Assembly (NCBI RefSeq): GCF_044704955.1
Contig: NC_091997.1
Span: forward strand, 77,686,001 to 77,750,000
Direction of reading: 5' to 3'
DNA: 64,000 bases
From: Pristiophorus japonicus
Taxonomy: Eukaryota
Under the pieces are notes generated by a model. That model made no database searches. It had not been told where the DNA came from and worked only from the letters and a program-made list of their open reading frames with translations. The position numbers and the translations under genes are program-made. Each line of letters begins with the position of its first letter. Within the stretch, counting starts at the first letter, position 1. This document shows positions 37,839 to 49,542 of the stretch, piece after piece.

Positions 37839-38505
37839 GTCAGTCATCCAGAGAACCAAATTTAAAGTGTTCCCAAGTCATTGGGTAAGTCAGAAACAGT
37901 TTGGGATCATGACCTTTGAACCCCTGAAGCAGTCCAGTCAATCCTACGATTCCCAAACCGGAGATTAACCTCCTAACAAATACACTGCTGTTGGTTTTCC
38001 TTTAGCTAGTTTCTGATAGACAAGCTTATTGGCATTCAGGAGGAACTTTGTCAAAACTAGTTGGAGCATTAGGGTGTCATTTACACTTCAATGGACACAG
38101 CCCGTTACCATCAGATACAGCGATTAAATAAATTTATTATTGAATATTTAATTACATCCCTGAATGAATTTGTTACTCGCAGAAATCTCTTTTTTGACAA
38201 AATTACAATTTACTTCCCCTGGCTGAGTGGAGTAGCTTGCATTCCGTTCCCAAGCCAGTCGCCCTTATTGCTCCCCAGAGTGTGATTACCCGATTACTGT
38301 CAAATTAGAGCCAGTATTAATGGTGCTGGGGACTCTAGTCTGTTTGAAGTTGGATTGAGCCAGCCTGAAATTTATTGCAACAGCGTTTTTGCGCTGCAAT
38401 AAACCCAAAATAAAGAAAAATAGAAACTGCAGCTCGAAGAGAAGCAGAAACGCAGGGAGCATTGTTAAAATGGAGTCTGTATCTGAGGCAATCAGGGTTG
38501 GTTAA

Positions 38506-38770
38506 TGTAACGTATTTGCTTCATGCGTTCTTTCCTTAAGAATTCATGGCAACACATTGCTATTAAGAACATGTTGGTTTATTAACAAAGATTTAACAAT
38601 CACACTACACATTACCAGTTCATCTGCCAGGCTCACAACTGCCTACCTCATCGTGGATCCACTGACTGGGGTTTTATTGAGTCTTGTGAACATCACGTGA
38701 CTGGCTAAGCCACTCACAATGCAACAGCTCCACAAACCCTGTGAGCATCCTCGCAGGTGTATGCATTACA
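38506..38770 (-). mobile_element. 265-bp solo LTR
   Basis: TGTAA...TTACA; TSD GTTAA/GTTCA; second copy at 30619. Confidence 0.82.
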
Positions 38771-38846
38771 GTTCAAAGATTTTTCAGATAATTTTTATAA
38801 CAGCGCACACACACACACACACACACACAGACAACAGATCAGCCAT

Positions 38847-39062
38847 GATCTTATTAAAGTGGAGGAAGTGCATCCGGGAGGGCGCTGAGCACCTCGAGTC
38901 TCGTCGCCGAGAAGGTGCAGAAATCAAGCGCAGGCAGCGGAAGGAGCGTGCGGCAAACCAGTCCCACCCACCCCTTCCCTCAACGACTGTCTGTCCCACC
39001 TGTGACAGAGACTGTGGCTCTTGTATCGGACTGTTCAGCCACCTGAGGACTGCCTCTGATGA
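38847..39062 (+). mobile_element. RTE 3' fragment inside a CR1 tail
   Basis: KWRKCIREGAEHLE...CPTCDRDC. Confidence 0.85.
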
Positions 39063-39182
39063 AATGGGGAGCAGGCGCGTGGGGCCAAATGGCCTACTCC
39101 TGCTCCTCTTTCTTATGTTCTAATTCAGCCCACACCAGCTCTCAGGGAACTATCTACTACAAGAGTAACTTGCATTTATATT

Positions 39183-40278
39183 GGGACTGAATTTGTGGCC
39201 CCCGTGGGCATGTACGAGGTATGCACACATCCGTAGAGGCCACACACGTTGCGGGTTTAGGCATGCGTTGCGGATGCATTGAAACCCGGAATTTGCAATC
39301 TGTCAAGAATCTGTCAAGCGTAGGGCCTGCTTTTCCCAGCGTAAGAGTTTTAAAAAACATAAACCTACGTTTTTTTTAAACTCATTTATACATTAAATAC
39401 ACTGTGCAATGTCAATTCATTTTTAGATCCGTTAAACACACATTTATTTTTCAAAAAATTAAATTTTTGTTTTAAGTATTTAATTAAATGCCATTTTAAT
39501 TCATTTTAAATATGTACTTTTTTTTCTATGATGTATAGAGGTATTTTTCATATGATCCCCATTCATACTTCATCATAGGCAGTCCCTCGGAATCGAGGAA
39601 GACTTGCTTCCACTTTAAAAATGAGTTCTTACGTGGCTCTACAGTCCAATACGAGAACCACAGTCTCTAGCACAGATGGGACAGACAGTCGTTGAAGGTA
39701 AGGGAAGGTGGGACTGGTTTGCCGCACGCTCCTTCCGCTGCCTGCGCTTGATTTCTGCATGCTCTCGGCGACGAGACTCGAGGTGCTCAGCGCCCTCCCG
39801 GATGCACTTCCTCTACTTAGGGCGGTCTTTCGAGATTCAACACCGCCTCCAGTGCGCCAGTGCAGCCTGAGGAAAAGAGTGTTCGAAGACCAGGCCCTCA
39901 AATCTGCCACCAAGCTCATGGTCTACAGGGCTGTAGTAATACCCACCTTCCAGTATGGCTCAGAGACATGGACCATGTACAGTAGACACCTCAAGTCGCT
40001 GGAGAAATTCGTACTTATGGGAGTTCCGTACATTTGGAATCCCCATAAGCATGAATAGTAATTCCCTTCTTTGATTGGTTGGGCCAGCCCACGTGATCCC
40101 CAGGGGGCGCTTGTGAACCACCTACAACCCTGGGATACGTGGGCCTCTAACCGCGGGTACCCGGAGAAGCCCAAGGCCGCAAATCTACGAACCTCTCAGA
40201 CCTCCAGGTAAGTTCGGAGATGTTTTGCAGTTCAGAGGCATCCGCCCGTGGCGAACATCCAACCGCAAATTCAGCCCC
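39183..40278. mobile_element. MITE with GC-rich arms and AT-rich centre (related to 54440-55285)
   Basis: GGGACTGAATTTGTGG / CCGCAAATTCAGCCCC termini. Confidence 0.65.
39571..40008 (-). mobile_element. 5'-inverted RTE insertion
   Basis: Minus-strand 3' end 39571-39831 joined to plus-strand upstream piece 39832-40008; TSD ATTCRTACTT. Confidence 0.8.
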
Positions 40279-40282
40279 AGTA

Positions 40283-41025
40283 CAACACCGAGCCACATAA
40301 AGTGACCAAAAACTTGGTCAAAGAAATAGGCTTTAAGGAGCATCTTAAAGTAGGAGAGAGAGTTAGAGAGGCGGAGAGGTTTAGGCAGGGAGTTCCACAG
40401 CTTAAGGCTTTGGCAGCTGAAGACAAGGGTGCCAATGGTTGAGTGAAGGTAATCAGGGATGCTCAAGAGGGCAGAAGTGAAGGAGTGCAGTGATAATAAG
40501 AACCTAAGAAATAAGAGCAGGAGTAGGCCATACGGCCACTCGAGCCTGCTCCGCCATTTAATACGATCATGGCTGATCCGATCATGGGCTCAGCTCCACT
40601 TCCCTGCCCGCTCCCCATAACCCCTTATTCTACTATCGGTTAAGAAACTGTCTATTTCTGCCTTAAGTATATTCATTGACCCAGCTTCCACAGCTCTCTG
40701 AGGCAGCGACTTCCACAGGTTTACAACCCTCAGAGAAGAAATTTCTCCTCATCTCTGTTATAAATGGACAGCCCCTTATTCTAAGATCATGCCCTCAAGT
40801 TCTAGTCTCCCCCATCAGTGGAAACATCCTCTCTGCATCCACCTTGTCAAGCCCCCTGATCCTGGATATTTGTAGGGCTGGAGGAGGTTACAGAGATAGG
40901 GAGAGTGGGGGGGGGGGGGGGGGGTGTAGGGGCTCAGGCCATGCAGGGATTTGAAAACAAGGATGAGAATTTTTAAATCGAGGCATAGCTCAACGGTGGA
41001 GCGATTAAAATTGGGGAAGTGCAAA
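40283..41025 (-). mobile_element. L2 fragment interrupted by CR1 tail (40497-40857)
   Basis: L2 and CR1 3' motifs. Confidence 0.75.
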
Positions 41026-41076
41026 TGCTCTCCGCCTTTCTACCTCCTCTTGAATACCAATGAGGCGGATAGTAAC

Positions 41077-41289
41077 TGTTACGTTTACAATAACTCCACA
41101 AGACTGTATATCTTAAGCTCAAACTGTTGTGACCTTGGTCTCTTTATTGTATCTCCAGAGTGAGGAGGCAGCATGGTAGACTGCCTTTTATACCTGCTTG
41201 CCCAGGGTCTGCAGGTGACCCTTGGGTCTCCCACAGGTGCGCCCCCTGGTGGCAAGTCTTACACATTGGTAATGTTTACATACAAAACA
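41077..41289 (-). mobile_element. 213-bp solo LTR
   Basis: TGTT...AACA; perfect TSD GTAAC; minus-strand TATAAAA and AATAAA. Confidence 0.88.
41238..41253 (-). promoter_or_regulatory. Consensus CTCF core motif
   Basis: Minus strand GCCACCAGGGGGCGCA. Confidence 0.65.
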
Positions 41290-41609
41290 GTAACAGAGCT
41301 CAGGAGGACATGGTTAAAAAGGGCAGACACGTAGCAGATGAAATTTAAAGCAGAAAAGTGTGAAACAGTTTCCAGTGACAGGAGAGTCGGTAACCAGAGG
41401 ACACAGATTTCAGGTGATTGGCAAAAGAACCAGAGGCAACACAAGGAAACAAAAATTATGCAGCGAGTTGTTGTGCACTACCTGAAAGGGCGGTGGAATT
41501 CAAGAGTGACTTTCAAAAGGGAATTGGACAAATACGTGTCGGGAAATAAAATATTACAGGGCGATGGGGAAAGAGCAGGGGAGTGAGACTAAAAAATAGC
41601 TCTAACAAA

Positions 41610-41702
41610 AATGATGTAACTCATTGAAACACTTGTGGGCACATCTTTTTTTGGTGTGAAGAGCGTCATCCTCATTACGAGGGACTGCCTAGTAGTAGTA
41701 GC
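41610..41702 (+). mobile_element. Non-autonomous RTE-tailed element, short 3' stub
   Basis: GAGGGACTGCC(TAG)n tail; 12-bp TSD AGCTCTAACAAA. Confidence 0.7.
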
Positions 41703-41763
41703 AGCTCTAACAAAGAGCTAGCACGGGCACGATGGGCTGAATGGCCTCCTTCTGTGCTGTTTC

Positions 41764-41975
41764 TGTAATGTATGAATAAAGAGTCTGACCAGATACTGTG
41801 AGCTCAAAGTAAAGTGTGACCTTAGTCTTTTATTGCAGATCTCCAGAGTACCTCTCCAGCCTGTGAGGCCTCCTTAAGTACAGGTGCTCCCAAGGGATTG
41901 TGGGATCCCTTGAGACTCCAGGGGATGAGCCCTCTGGTGCCTACACAAGGTACTTACAGGTTTACATATATAATA
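41764..41975 (-). mobile_element. 212-bp solo LTR related to 41077
   Basis: TG...TA (decayed CA); perfect TSD GTTTC; shared AGCTCAAA..GTGACCTT..TTTATTG..CTCCAGAG layout. Confidence 0.8.
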
Positions 41976-42921
41976 GTTTCTATCTAGGATTCTATGATGA
42001 ATCTCCTTTTAAGACGCTCCTTAAAATTAGGTCGCCTGTCCTAATACCTCCTTGTGTGACTCTGTCAAATTTTGATTGATAACGCTTCCGTGAAGCACCT
42101 TGGGATGTTTTACCACATTAAAGGTGCTATATAAATGCAAGTTGCTGTTGCTGCACTTGCTAAAAAAAAAATCAAGGCGTTTTACTTTTACAACCGAAAG
42201 TGTGTGGCTGTTTAAATGCTGCCAAATGGCTAAAATCGCTAAAAAACTCAAAGCGACTTAATCTACCATCTTCAACCTGTCAGAGGCTTTCAACAAAGAG
42301 ACTTTCAACAAAGAGGCTTAAAGCACATCCCCATGGCAACCGCGTGCTTTCATAAGCGGTGAGAAGACAATGGGGCCCTCGTCAAAACTATGGGGTTGAA
42401 AATTCCACGCACGCTCCTTTAATTTGCACTGATAAACAAATTGTTGCACGATCAGAGACTGACAGGCAAAGTGAATAATTGGGCAGAGACTGCCCGGGCA
42501 TTAGTTCAATGCCCAGGCATTTGTTTGAAAGTTTGCTTGCGATGCACTTTGCGTTTATCGTGTCAGTGGTGCCTTGTCAGCTCTAACACTTTGATTATGA
42601 TTTTTACAGCAATCTCTTCAACCAATTTTGTCATCAGCCACTTGTCGAATGGTTTGCTCCAGCCAGCAACATGGACCCATCAGCTTGCTGCTCAAATAGA
42701 TACCGCATTTTAGTTCGGTCTTCAACTTCCACTGTTACGCCCCCTGCCTTCTAGAACTCTGTTCCTGCACCGTCTTGCCTCACTGATCCCTCCCCACCTT
42801 CGAGGGGCCTCCAAACCCCCCCCCCCCCCCAACAGCTCTTGGGAAGTTTGTTCTCCAGACCAGCGCGTGCCCTCCCCCGTTCTCGCTCCCCTCCTCGTCA
42901 AACTCCTTTGCTTCCTGCGAG

Positions 42922-43550
42922 TGTCAGTCATGGCTCAGTGGGTGGCACTCTCACCTCAGAGTTTGGAAGGTTGCGGGTTCAAGTCCCATTCCAGAGACTT
43001 GGGTATCGGACTGAGGGAGTGCTGCACTGTCAGTGGTGCCGTCTTTCAGATGAAACATGGAAACGTAGAAAATAGGTGCAAGAGCAGGCCATTCGGCCCT
43101 TCGAGCCTGCACCACCATTCAATATGATCATGGCTGATCATGCAACTTCAGTACCCCATTCCTGCCTTCTCTCCATACCCCTTGATCCCTTTAGCCGTAA
43201 GGGCCACATCTAACTCCCTTTTGAATATATCTAACGAATTGGCCTCAACAACTGTAGTAAAGAATTCCACAGGTTCACAATTCTCTGAGTGAAGAAGTTA
43301 AGCCGAGGCTCCTGTCTACTCTCTCGGGTGGACACCAACGATGCCATGACACTATATCGAAGAAGAGCAGGGGAGTTTTTCCCGGTGCGCTGGCTAACAT
43401 ATATCTCTCAACCAACATCTCTAAGAAAGAGATTACCTGATCATTATCACATCGCTGGTGGTGGGCAAATTGCCTGTTTCCGACACTACAACATTAACTT
43501 CATTGTAATAGGCTTCACAACACCTTGTAACGCCCCGAGATGGTGAAAGG
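42922..43550 (+). mobile_element. DeuSINE interrupted by antisense CR1 tail (43056-43296)
   Basis: SINE resumes after the insert. Confidence 0.8.
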
Positions 43551-43554
43551 CTCT

Positions 43555-46392
43555 TGGCATCTTCCACTCTCCATAAACTGTGCTCATCCAAAATTCTGCT
43601 GCCTGTATCCTAACCCGCACTGAGTCCCGCTCACCCATCACCCCTGTGTTCGGTGCCCGTATCCTAATCCGTTGTGCGAGGCCCCTTGGGGAAGAGTAAC
43701 CATAACATGGCAGAATTCTTTATTAAGGTGGAGAGTGACACAGTTAATTCAGAAACTTGGGTCCTGAACTTAAGGAAAGCTAACTTTGACAGCATATGGC
43801 ATGAATTGGCTAGAATAGACTGGCAAATGATACTTAAAGGGTTGACGGTGGCTAGGCAATGGAAAACATTTATAGATCACAATTGTACATCCCTGTCTGG
43901 AGTAAAAATAAAACAGGGAAGGTGGCTCACCTGTGGCTAACAAGGGAAATTAAAGGTAGTGTTAGATCCAAGGAAGAGGCATATAAATTGGCCAGAAAAA
44001 GCAGCAAACCTGAGGACTGGAAGAAATTTAGAATTCAGCAGGGGAGGACAAAGGGTTTAATTAGGAGGGGGAAAATAGAGTACGAGGGGAAGCTTGCCGG
44101 GAACATAAAAACTGACTGCAAAAGCTTCTATGGATATGTGAAGAGAAAAAGATTAGTGAAGACAAACGTAGGTCCCTTGCAGTCAGACTCAGGTGAATTT
44201 AAAATGGGGAACAAAGAAATGGCAGACCAATTGAACAAATACTTTTGTTCTGTCTTCACGAAGGAAGACACAAATAACCTTCCAGATGTACTAGGGGACA
44301 GTGGGTCTAGTGAGAAGGAGGAACTAAAGGATATCCTTATTAGGCGTGAAACTGTGTTGGGGAAATTGATGGGATTGAAGGCCGATAATTCCCCGGGGCC
44401 TGATTGTCTGCATCCCAGAGTACTTAAGGAAGTGGCCCTCGAAATAGTGGATGCATTATTGATCTTTTTCCAACAGTCTATCGACTCTGGATCAGTTCCT
44501 ATGGACTGGTGGGTAGCTAATGTAACACCACCTTTTAAAAAAGGAGGGAGAGAGAAAATAGGTAATTATAGACCGGTTAGCCTGAGGGGAAAATGTTGGA
44601 ATCAATTATTAAGGATGAAATAGCATTTGGAAAGCAGTGACAGGATCGGTTCAAGTCAGCATAGATTTATGAAAGGGAAATCATGCTTGACGAATCTTCT
44701 GGAATTTTTTGAGGATGTAACTAGTAGAGTAGACAAGGAAGAACCAGTGGATGTGGTGTATTTGGACTTTCAAAAGGCCTTTGACAAGGTCCCACATAAG
44801 AGATTGGTGTGCAAAATCAAAGCACATGGTATTGGGGCTAATGTACTGGCGTGGATAGAGAATTGGTTGGCAGACAGGAAGCAGCGAGTCGGGATAAACG
44901 GGTCCTTTTCGGAATGGGAGGCAGTGACTAGTGGAGTGCCGCAGGGCTCAGTGCTGGGACCCCAGCTCTTTACAATATACATTAATGAGTTGGATGAAGT
45001 AATTGAGTGTAATATCTCCAAGTTTGCAGATGACACGAAACTGGGTGGCGGTGTGAGCTGTGCGGAGGATGCTAAGAGGCTGCAAGGTGATTTGGACAGG
45101 TTAGGTGAGTGGGCAAATATATGGCAGATGCAGTATAATGTGGATAAATGTGAGGTTATCCACTTTGGTGGCAAAAACACAAAGGCAGAATATTCTCTGA
45201 ATGGCGGCAGATTAGGAAAAGGGGACATGTAACGAGACCTGGGTGTCATGGTTCATCAGTCATTGAAAGTTGGCATGCAGGTACAGCAGGTGGTGAAGAA
45301 GGCAAATGGCATGTTGACCTTCATAGCTAAGGGATTTGAGTATAGGAGCAGAGAGGTCTCACTGTAATTGTACAGGGCCTTGGTGATATTGTGTTCGGTT
45401 TTGGTCTCCTAATCTGAGGAAGGACGTTCTTGCTATTGAGGGAGTGCAGTGAAGGTTCACCAGACTGATTCCAGGGATGGCTGGACTGACATTTGAGGAG
45501 AGACTGGATCAACTGGGCCTTTATACACTGGAGTTTAGAAGGATGAGAGGGGATCTCATAGAAACGTATAAGATTCTGACGGGACGGGACAGGTTAGATG
45601 CAGAAAGAATGTTCCCGATGTTGGGGAAGTCCAGAACCAGGGGAGACAGTCTTAGGATAAGGGGTAGGCCACTTGGGACTGAGATGAGGATAAACTTCTT
45701 CACTCAGAGAATTGTGAACCTGTGGAATTCCCTGCCGCAGAGAGTTGTTGATGCCAGTTCATTGGATATATTCAAGAGGGAGTTAGATATGGCCCTTACG
45801 TCTAAAGGGATCAAGCGGTATGGAGAGAAAGCAGGAAAGGGGTACTGAGGTGAATGATCAGCCATGATCTTATTGAATGGTGGTACAGGCTCGAAGGGCC
45901 GAATGGCTTACTCCTGCACCTATTTTCTATGTTTCTATGTTTACCAAGTCCCGCTCACCCATCACCCCTGTGCTCGCTGACCTACATTGGCTTCCAGTCC
46001 GGCAATGCCTCGATTTTAAAATTCTCATCCTGATTTTCAAATCCTTCCATGGCCTCGCCCCTCCCTATCTCCGTCGCCTTCACCAGCTCTACACCCCTCT
46101 GAGATCTCTGTGCTTCTCCAATTATGGCCTCTTGAACATCCTCAATTTCCTTCGCTCCACCATTAGTGGCCGTGCCTTCTCTGCCTGGGTCCTAAGCTCC
46201 GAAACTCCCTGCCTAAACCTCTCCGCCTCTCTTTCGTCTTTTAAGACACTTTTTAAAACCTACCTCTTTGATCACCTACCCTAATATCTCCTTATGTGGC
46301 TCGGTGTTAAATTTTGTTGGATAACATTCCTGTGAAGCGCCTTGGGACATTTTACTGTGTTAAAGGAGCTATATCAATATAAGTTATTGTTT
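43555..46392 (+). mobile_element. L2 3' end hosting the long CR1
   Basis: TKSRSPITPVLADLHWLPVRQ after the CR1. Confidence 0.8.
43671..45939 (+). mobile_element. CR1 LINE ORF2 pseudogene, ~2.3 kb, 5'-truncated
   Basis: LGKSNH, GNYRPVSL, YLDFQKAFDKVPH, SGVPQGSVLGP, FADDTKLG; stops and frameshifts. Confidence 0.95.
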
Positions 46393-46704
46393 TTAAAACA
46401 CATCCACTTCAGGACGCACAAAAGGCCTGAGCAACCTCACAGCATGAAAGGCTGAAGTCAGATCTGTGCTGAGTTAGAATAATCTCAGCTGGGCTGGCAG
46501 TGGTCGGATACCCTGCCCTCAGTAGCTGAGGTTATACAGTTGGTTTCAGTGCCCTAGGTGACGGAAGACAGAATAAAAAGCAGCCAGAGGGCCCAGTCCT
46601 AGTCCCCACCCGTTGGCCTGTGTGGGGACGCGAGTATGCTGTTTGGAACTCTTCTGTGGAGGCCTCCCATGGGGCAATTGCTGCCAGCACGCTCACACAC
46701 GAGA

Positions 46705-47270
46705 GCGTGGAGGCCCCGACCTGCGTGAGAACACCAGCGGCAGGTCGGGGCCATAAAAGGAGCGGAGGTGCGGTGGCCCGGGAGCAGTGTGGCGGCGTAC
46801 TATTTCAGGGAGCAGCGCGAGCTGGTGCAGGAGAGCGACGGCAGCGAAGAGTGACGTCATCAAGGTCCAGGTCAGTGATTGGAGCGTGGGCAGGTACAGC
46901 AGGGGCGGCGAGGTCGGGACGAAGGAGCTGTGAGAGATTGTAGAGCAATGTTATCGGGGCCCAGGGGAGGCGTGAGTTTGGGGCCAGGGGCCAAGGGGCA
47001 GTACGGGGCCAGCCCACACTGCGATATGTGCGCGCACTAGGTCCGTGCAGCAGAGCTGGTCTGCAGTCGTCTTGGTTAACCCTTGCCACTGGACCAAGAC
47101 CTAGCTCTGTCGAGCCCGTGTAGTGGCTGGTGTGCAACGGCCACCCCACGTTAAAAAAAATCCACGCACACCCTTCAGGATGTAGTTCAGGTCCTTCATT
47201 GAAACACCTGTGAACTCATCCTTTTTTGGCGTGGAAGCAAGTCATCCTCGTTTCGAGGGACTGCCTATGA
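46705..47270 (+). mobile_element. Non-autonomous RTE-tailed element, apparently full length
   Basis: 5' hairpin, GC-rich body, GTGGAAGCAAGTCATCCTCG...GAGGGACTGCCTATGA tail. Confidence 0.78.
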
Positions 47271-48064
47271 GTGAGAGAGACATGAAGTATAGCCACTAGA
47301 AGAGGTGAGTTACAGAAGGGGTTGGGTGCTTGAGGACTAGCCAGTGTGAGTCGGTGCCTTCAGTGAAGGGTGGGGGGGGGTAAAGTGGGACGGGAAAGCA
47401 CGTTTTTGAAAAGTAGCAAGTTTCAAATAATGGTGGACTTGCCCTTGGAGTTGTGGCATTACATTGTCTCTCTCGGATGTTATTCTGTACTGATGCCTAC
47501 ATTATTTTATTTTGTGTTTTGCTGAAGTACGCACAGATAACGATGCATGAATTCACAAGCCCGGAATACGCAAGGACATAACAGGGCGGCAGCACAGAGT
47601 GGCTGAGATAATGTAAATGGCTTGAATTTATCAATGCTATTACAATCCTTTCATGTGTTACTGCCATGGAATAAATAAATACATATTGGAATGCACACAC
47701 ACAAATATATTCTTCCTTTTTTAGATGTTTGAGAGTGCCATTGACACAGCCACTTGGGGAGGGGGGGGTGGGGGCGGGTGGGAGTGATGGGTGAGGTTCC
47801 CACAATTTTTGGGTCCGTGGTTATGTCGAGCCCCACTCTCCATTGCTCTAAACTCAAGAATCACCCTGCTGTTCTCCCGAACTCTTTACACGTGTTTCCG
47901 GTGGGCATTCATCAGCACTCCCGCCACTTGCAGAAACACTGAAGGATAAGTCAATCTGTGCTATGTTGTTGTAACCCCCTCCCCACCCGTGGCAGGAACT
48001 GGAGCAACGCCAGCGGAGGTCTATGAGCAGGGCGCGAGCCTGTGCTCTGTTAGAATATCAAACC

Positions 48065-48652
48065 ACAACAAGTTGTATTTATATAGCGCCTTTAACGTAG
48101 TAAAATGTCCGACGGCGCTTCACAGGTGTGTTATGAGATTTTTAAAAATTTGACAGAATCGGGCTCTTCTGTGAGGTCTTCCATGGTGGAATAGCTGCCA
48201 GCACCCTCTATTATCCGCATCAGTAGAAATTAGTGCAGGTGACCAAAAGTTTGGTCAAAATGGTAGGTTTTAAGGAGCGTCTTGAAGGAGGAAAGGGAGG
48301 TAGAGAGGCGGAGAGGTTTAGGCAGGGAGTTCCAGAGCTTGGGGCCCAGGCAACAGAAGGCACGGCCACCGATGGTTGAGTGATTATAATCAGGGATGCT
48401 CAGGAGGGCAGAATTAGAGGAGCGCAGGCATTTCGTGGGGTTGTGGGGCTGGAGGAGATTACAGAGATAGGGAGGGGCGAGGCCACGGAGGGATTTGAAA
48501 ACAAGGATGAGAATTTTGAATTTGAAGAGTTGTTTAACCGGGAGCCGATGTAGGTCGGCGAGCACGGGGTGATGGGAGAGAGAGAATTGGTGCGAGTTAG
48601 GACACGGGAAAGCCGAGTTTTGGACAACCTCTAGTTTACACAGGGTAGAATC
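48065..48652 (-). mobile_element. L2 3' end
   Basis: LADLHRLPVKQLFKFKILILVFKSLRGLAPPYL. Confidence 0.88.
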
Positions 48653-48682
48653 CAACTCCGTCTTGAAATTTTTCTAACTTTC

Positions 48683-48926
48683 TGTCATGAATGTAACCTT
48701 CATGTAACAACACTGCAATACTGTGTATACTTGAGTAATGCACACATTGACCACAGGGGGTGAACTTATGGGAGACACTCCTCACCTGGCCATCCAGGTA
48801 TATAAAGGGAGGTCCCACGCAGGGTCATCACTTCTTGGTCCTGTGAATAAAGGTGCAGGTCACAGAGTGACCTTGCCCACAGAATGTGCCTCGTGTGGAT
48901 TTGTGGTATTGTGGAAGGACTTTACA
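48683..48926 (+). mobile_element. 244-bp solo LTR
   Basis: TG...CA; perfect TSD CTTTC; TATAAA ~48801, AATAAA ~48846. Confidence 0.88.
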
Positions 48927-49542
48927 CTTTCATTCCCTTCATTCTCGGGGTTAGAGCCAGGTCATTCAGGAGCAAAATCAGGAAGGCCCTCTCTACACAA
49001 AGGGTGGGAGAAATCTGGAACCCTCTTCCTCCAAAACGCTGTGGATGCGGGGGGTGAATTGGAGCTTTCAAGATGGGAGGTTGCCAGAATTTTGTCAGGT
49101 CATGGTTTCGTAGCACCAAGGCGGAAAAATGGAGTTGAGGGACAGGCCAGCCATGATCGAATTCAAAGGCTTGCATGGCCTACTCCTGCTCCCATGTCCC
49201 TATTGCAAACATTGATCCGCCTTTGAGTCAAGAAACATTTTCTCCGATCGGTTTTCAACTCACTGTGCAACGGATGTGTCCTTTACACTGACATGGTTCA
49301 ACAATGAACTGATAAACCTTTGCTGAAGGTTCCGCCATCATCTCGGGCAGCTGCCCGTTACCTCGGGTGTGTGAACGTATACGGTGCCAGTAGGCTATTC
49401 AACCTGAAAAGGCATCACAGCCGACATCACCCGACGTCCACCCACTCACCAGCGAGATTCACTGGATAGAGTCGTGGGGAGAGCGATGGGCGAGTCATTT
49501 TTCCCCCCATGAGTGCAGAGTCACTGGGATCGCTGGGAAGTA

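Noticed and set aside
41077-41975. The two LTRs as one paired-LTR (TRIM) element
   Set aside because: They are diverged and each has its own TSD
43859-45232. 254-aa and 201-aa ORFs as a functional reverse transcriptase
   Set aside because: 5'-truncated CR1 ORF2 with frameshifts and stops
46712-46752. HDV-like ribozyme at the element 5' end
   Set aside because: Only a simple hairpin is visible; nested P2/P3/L3 pseudoknot elements could not be fitted by eye
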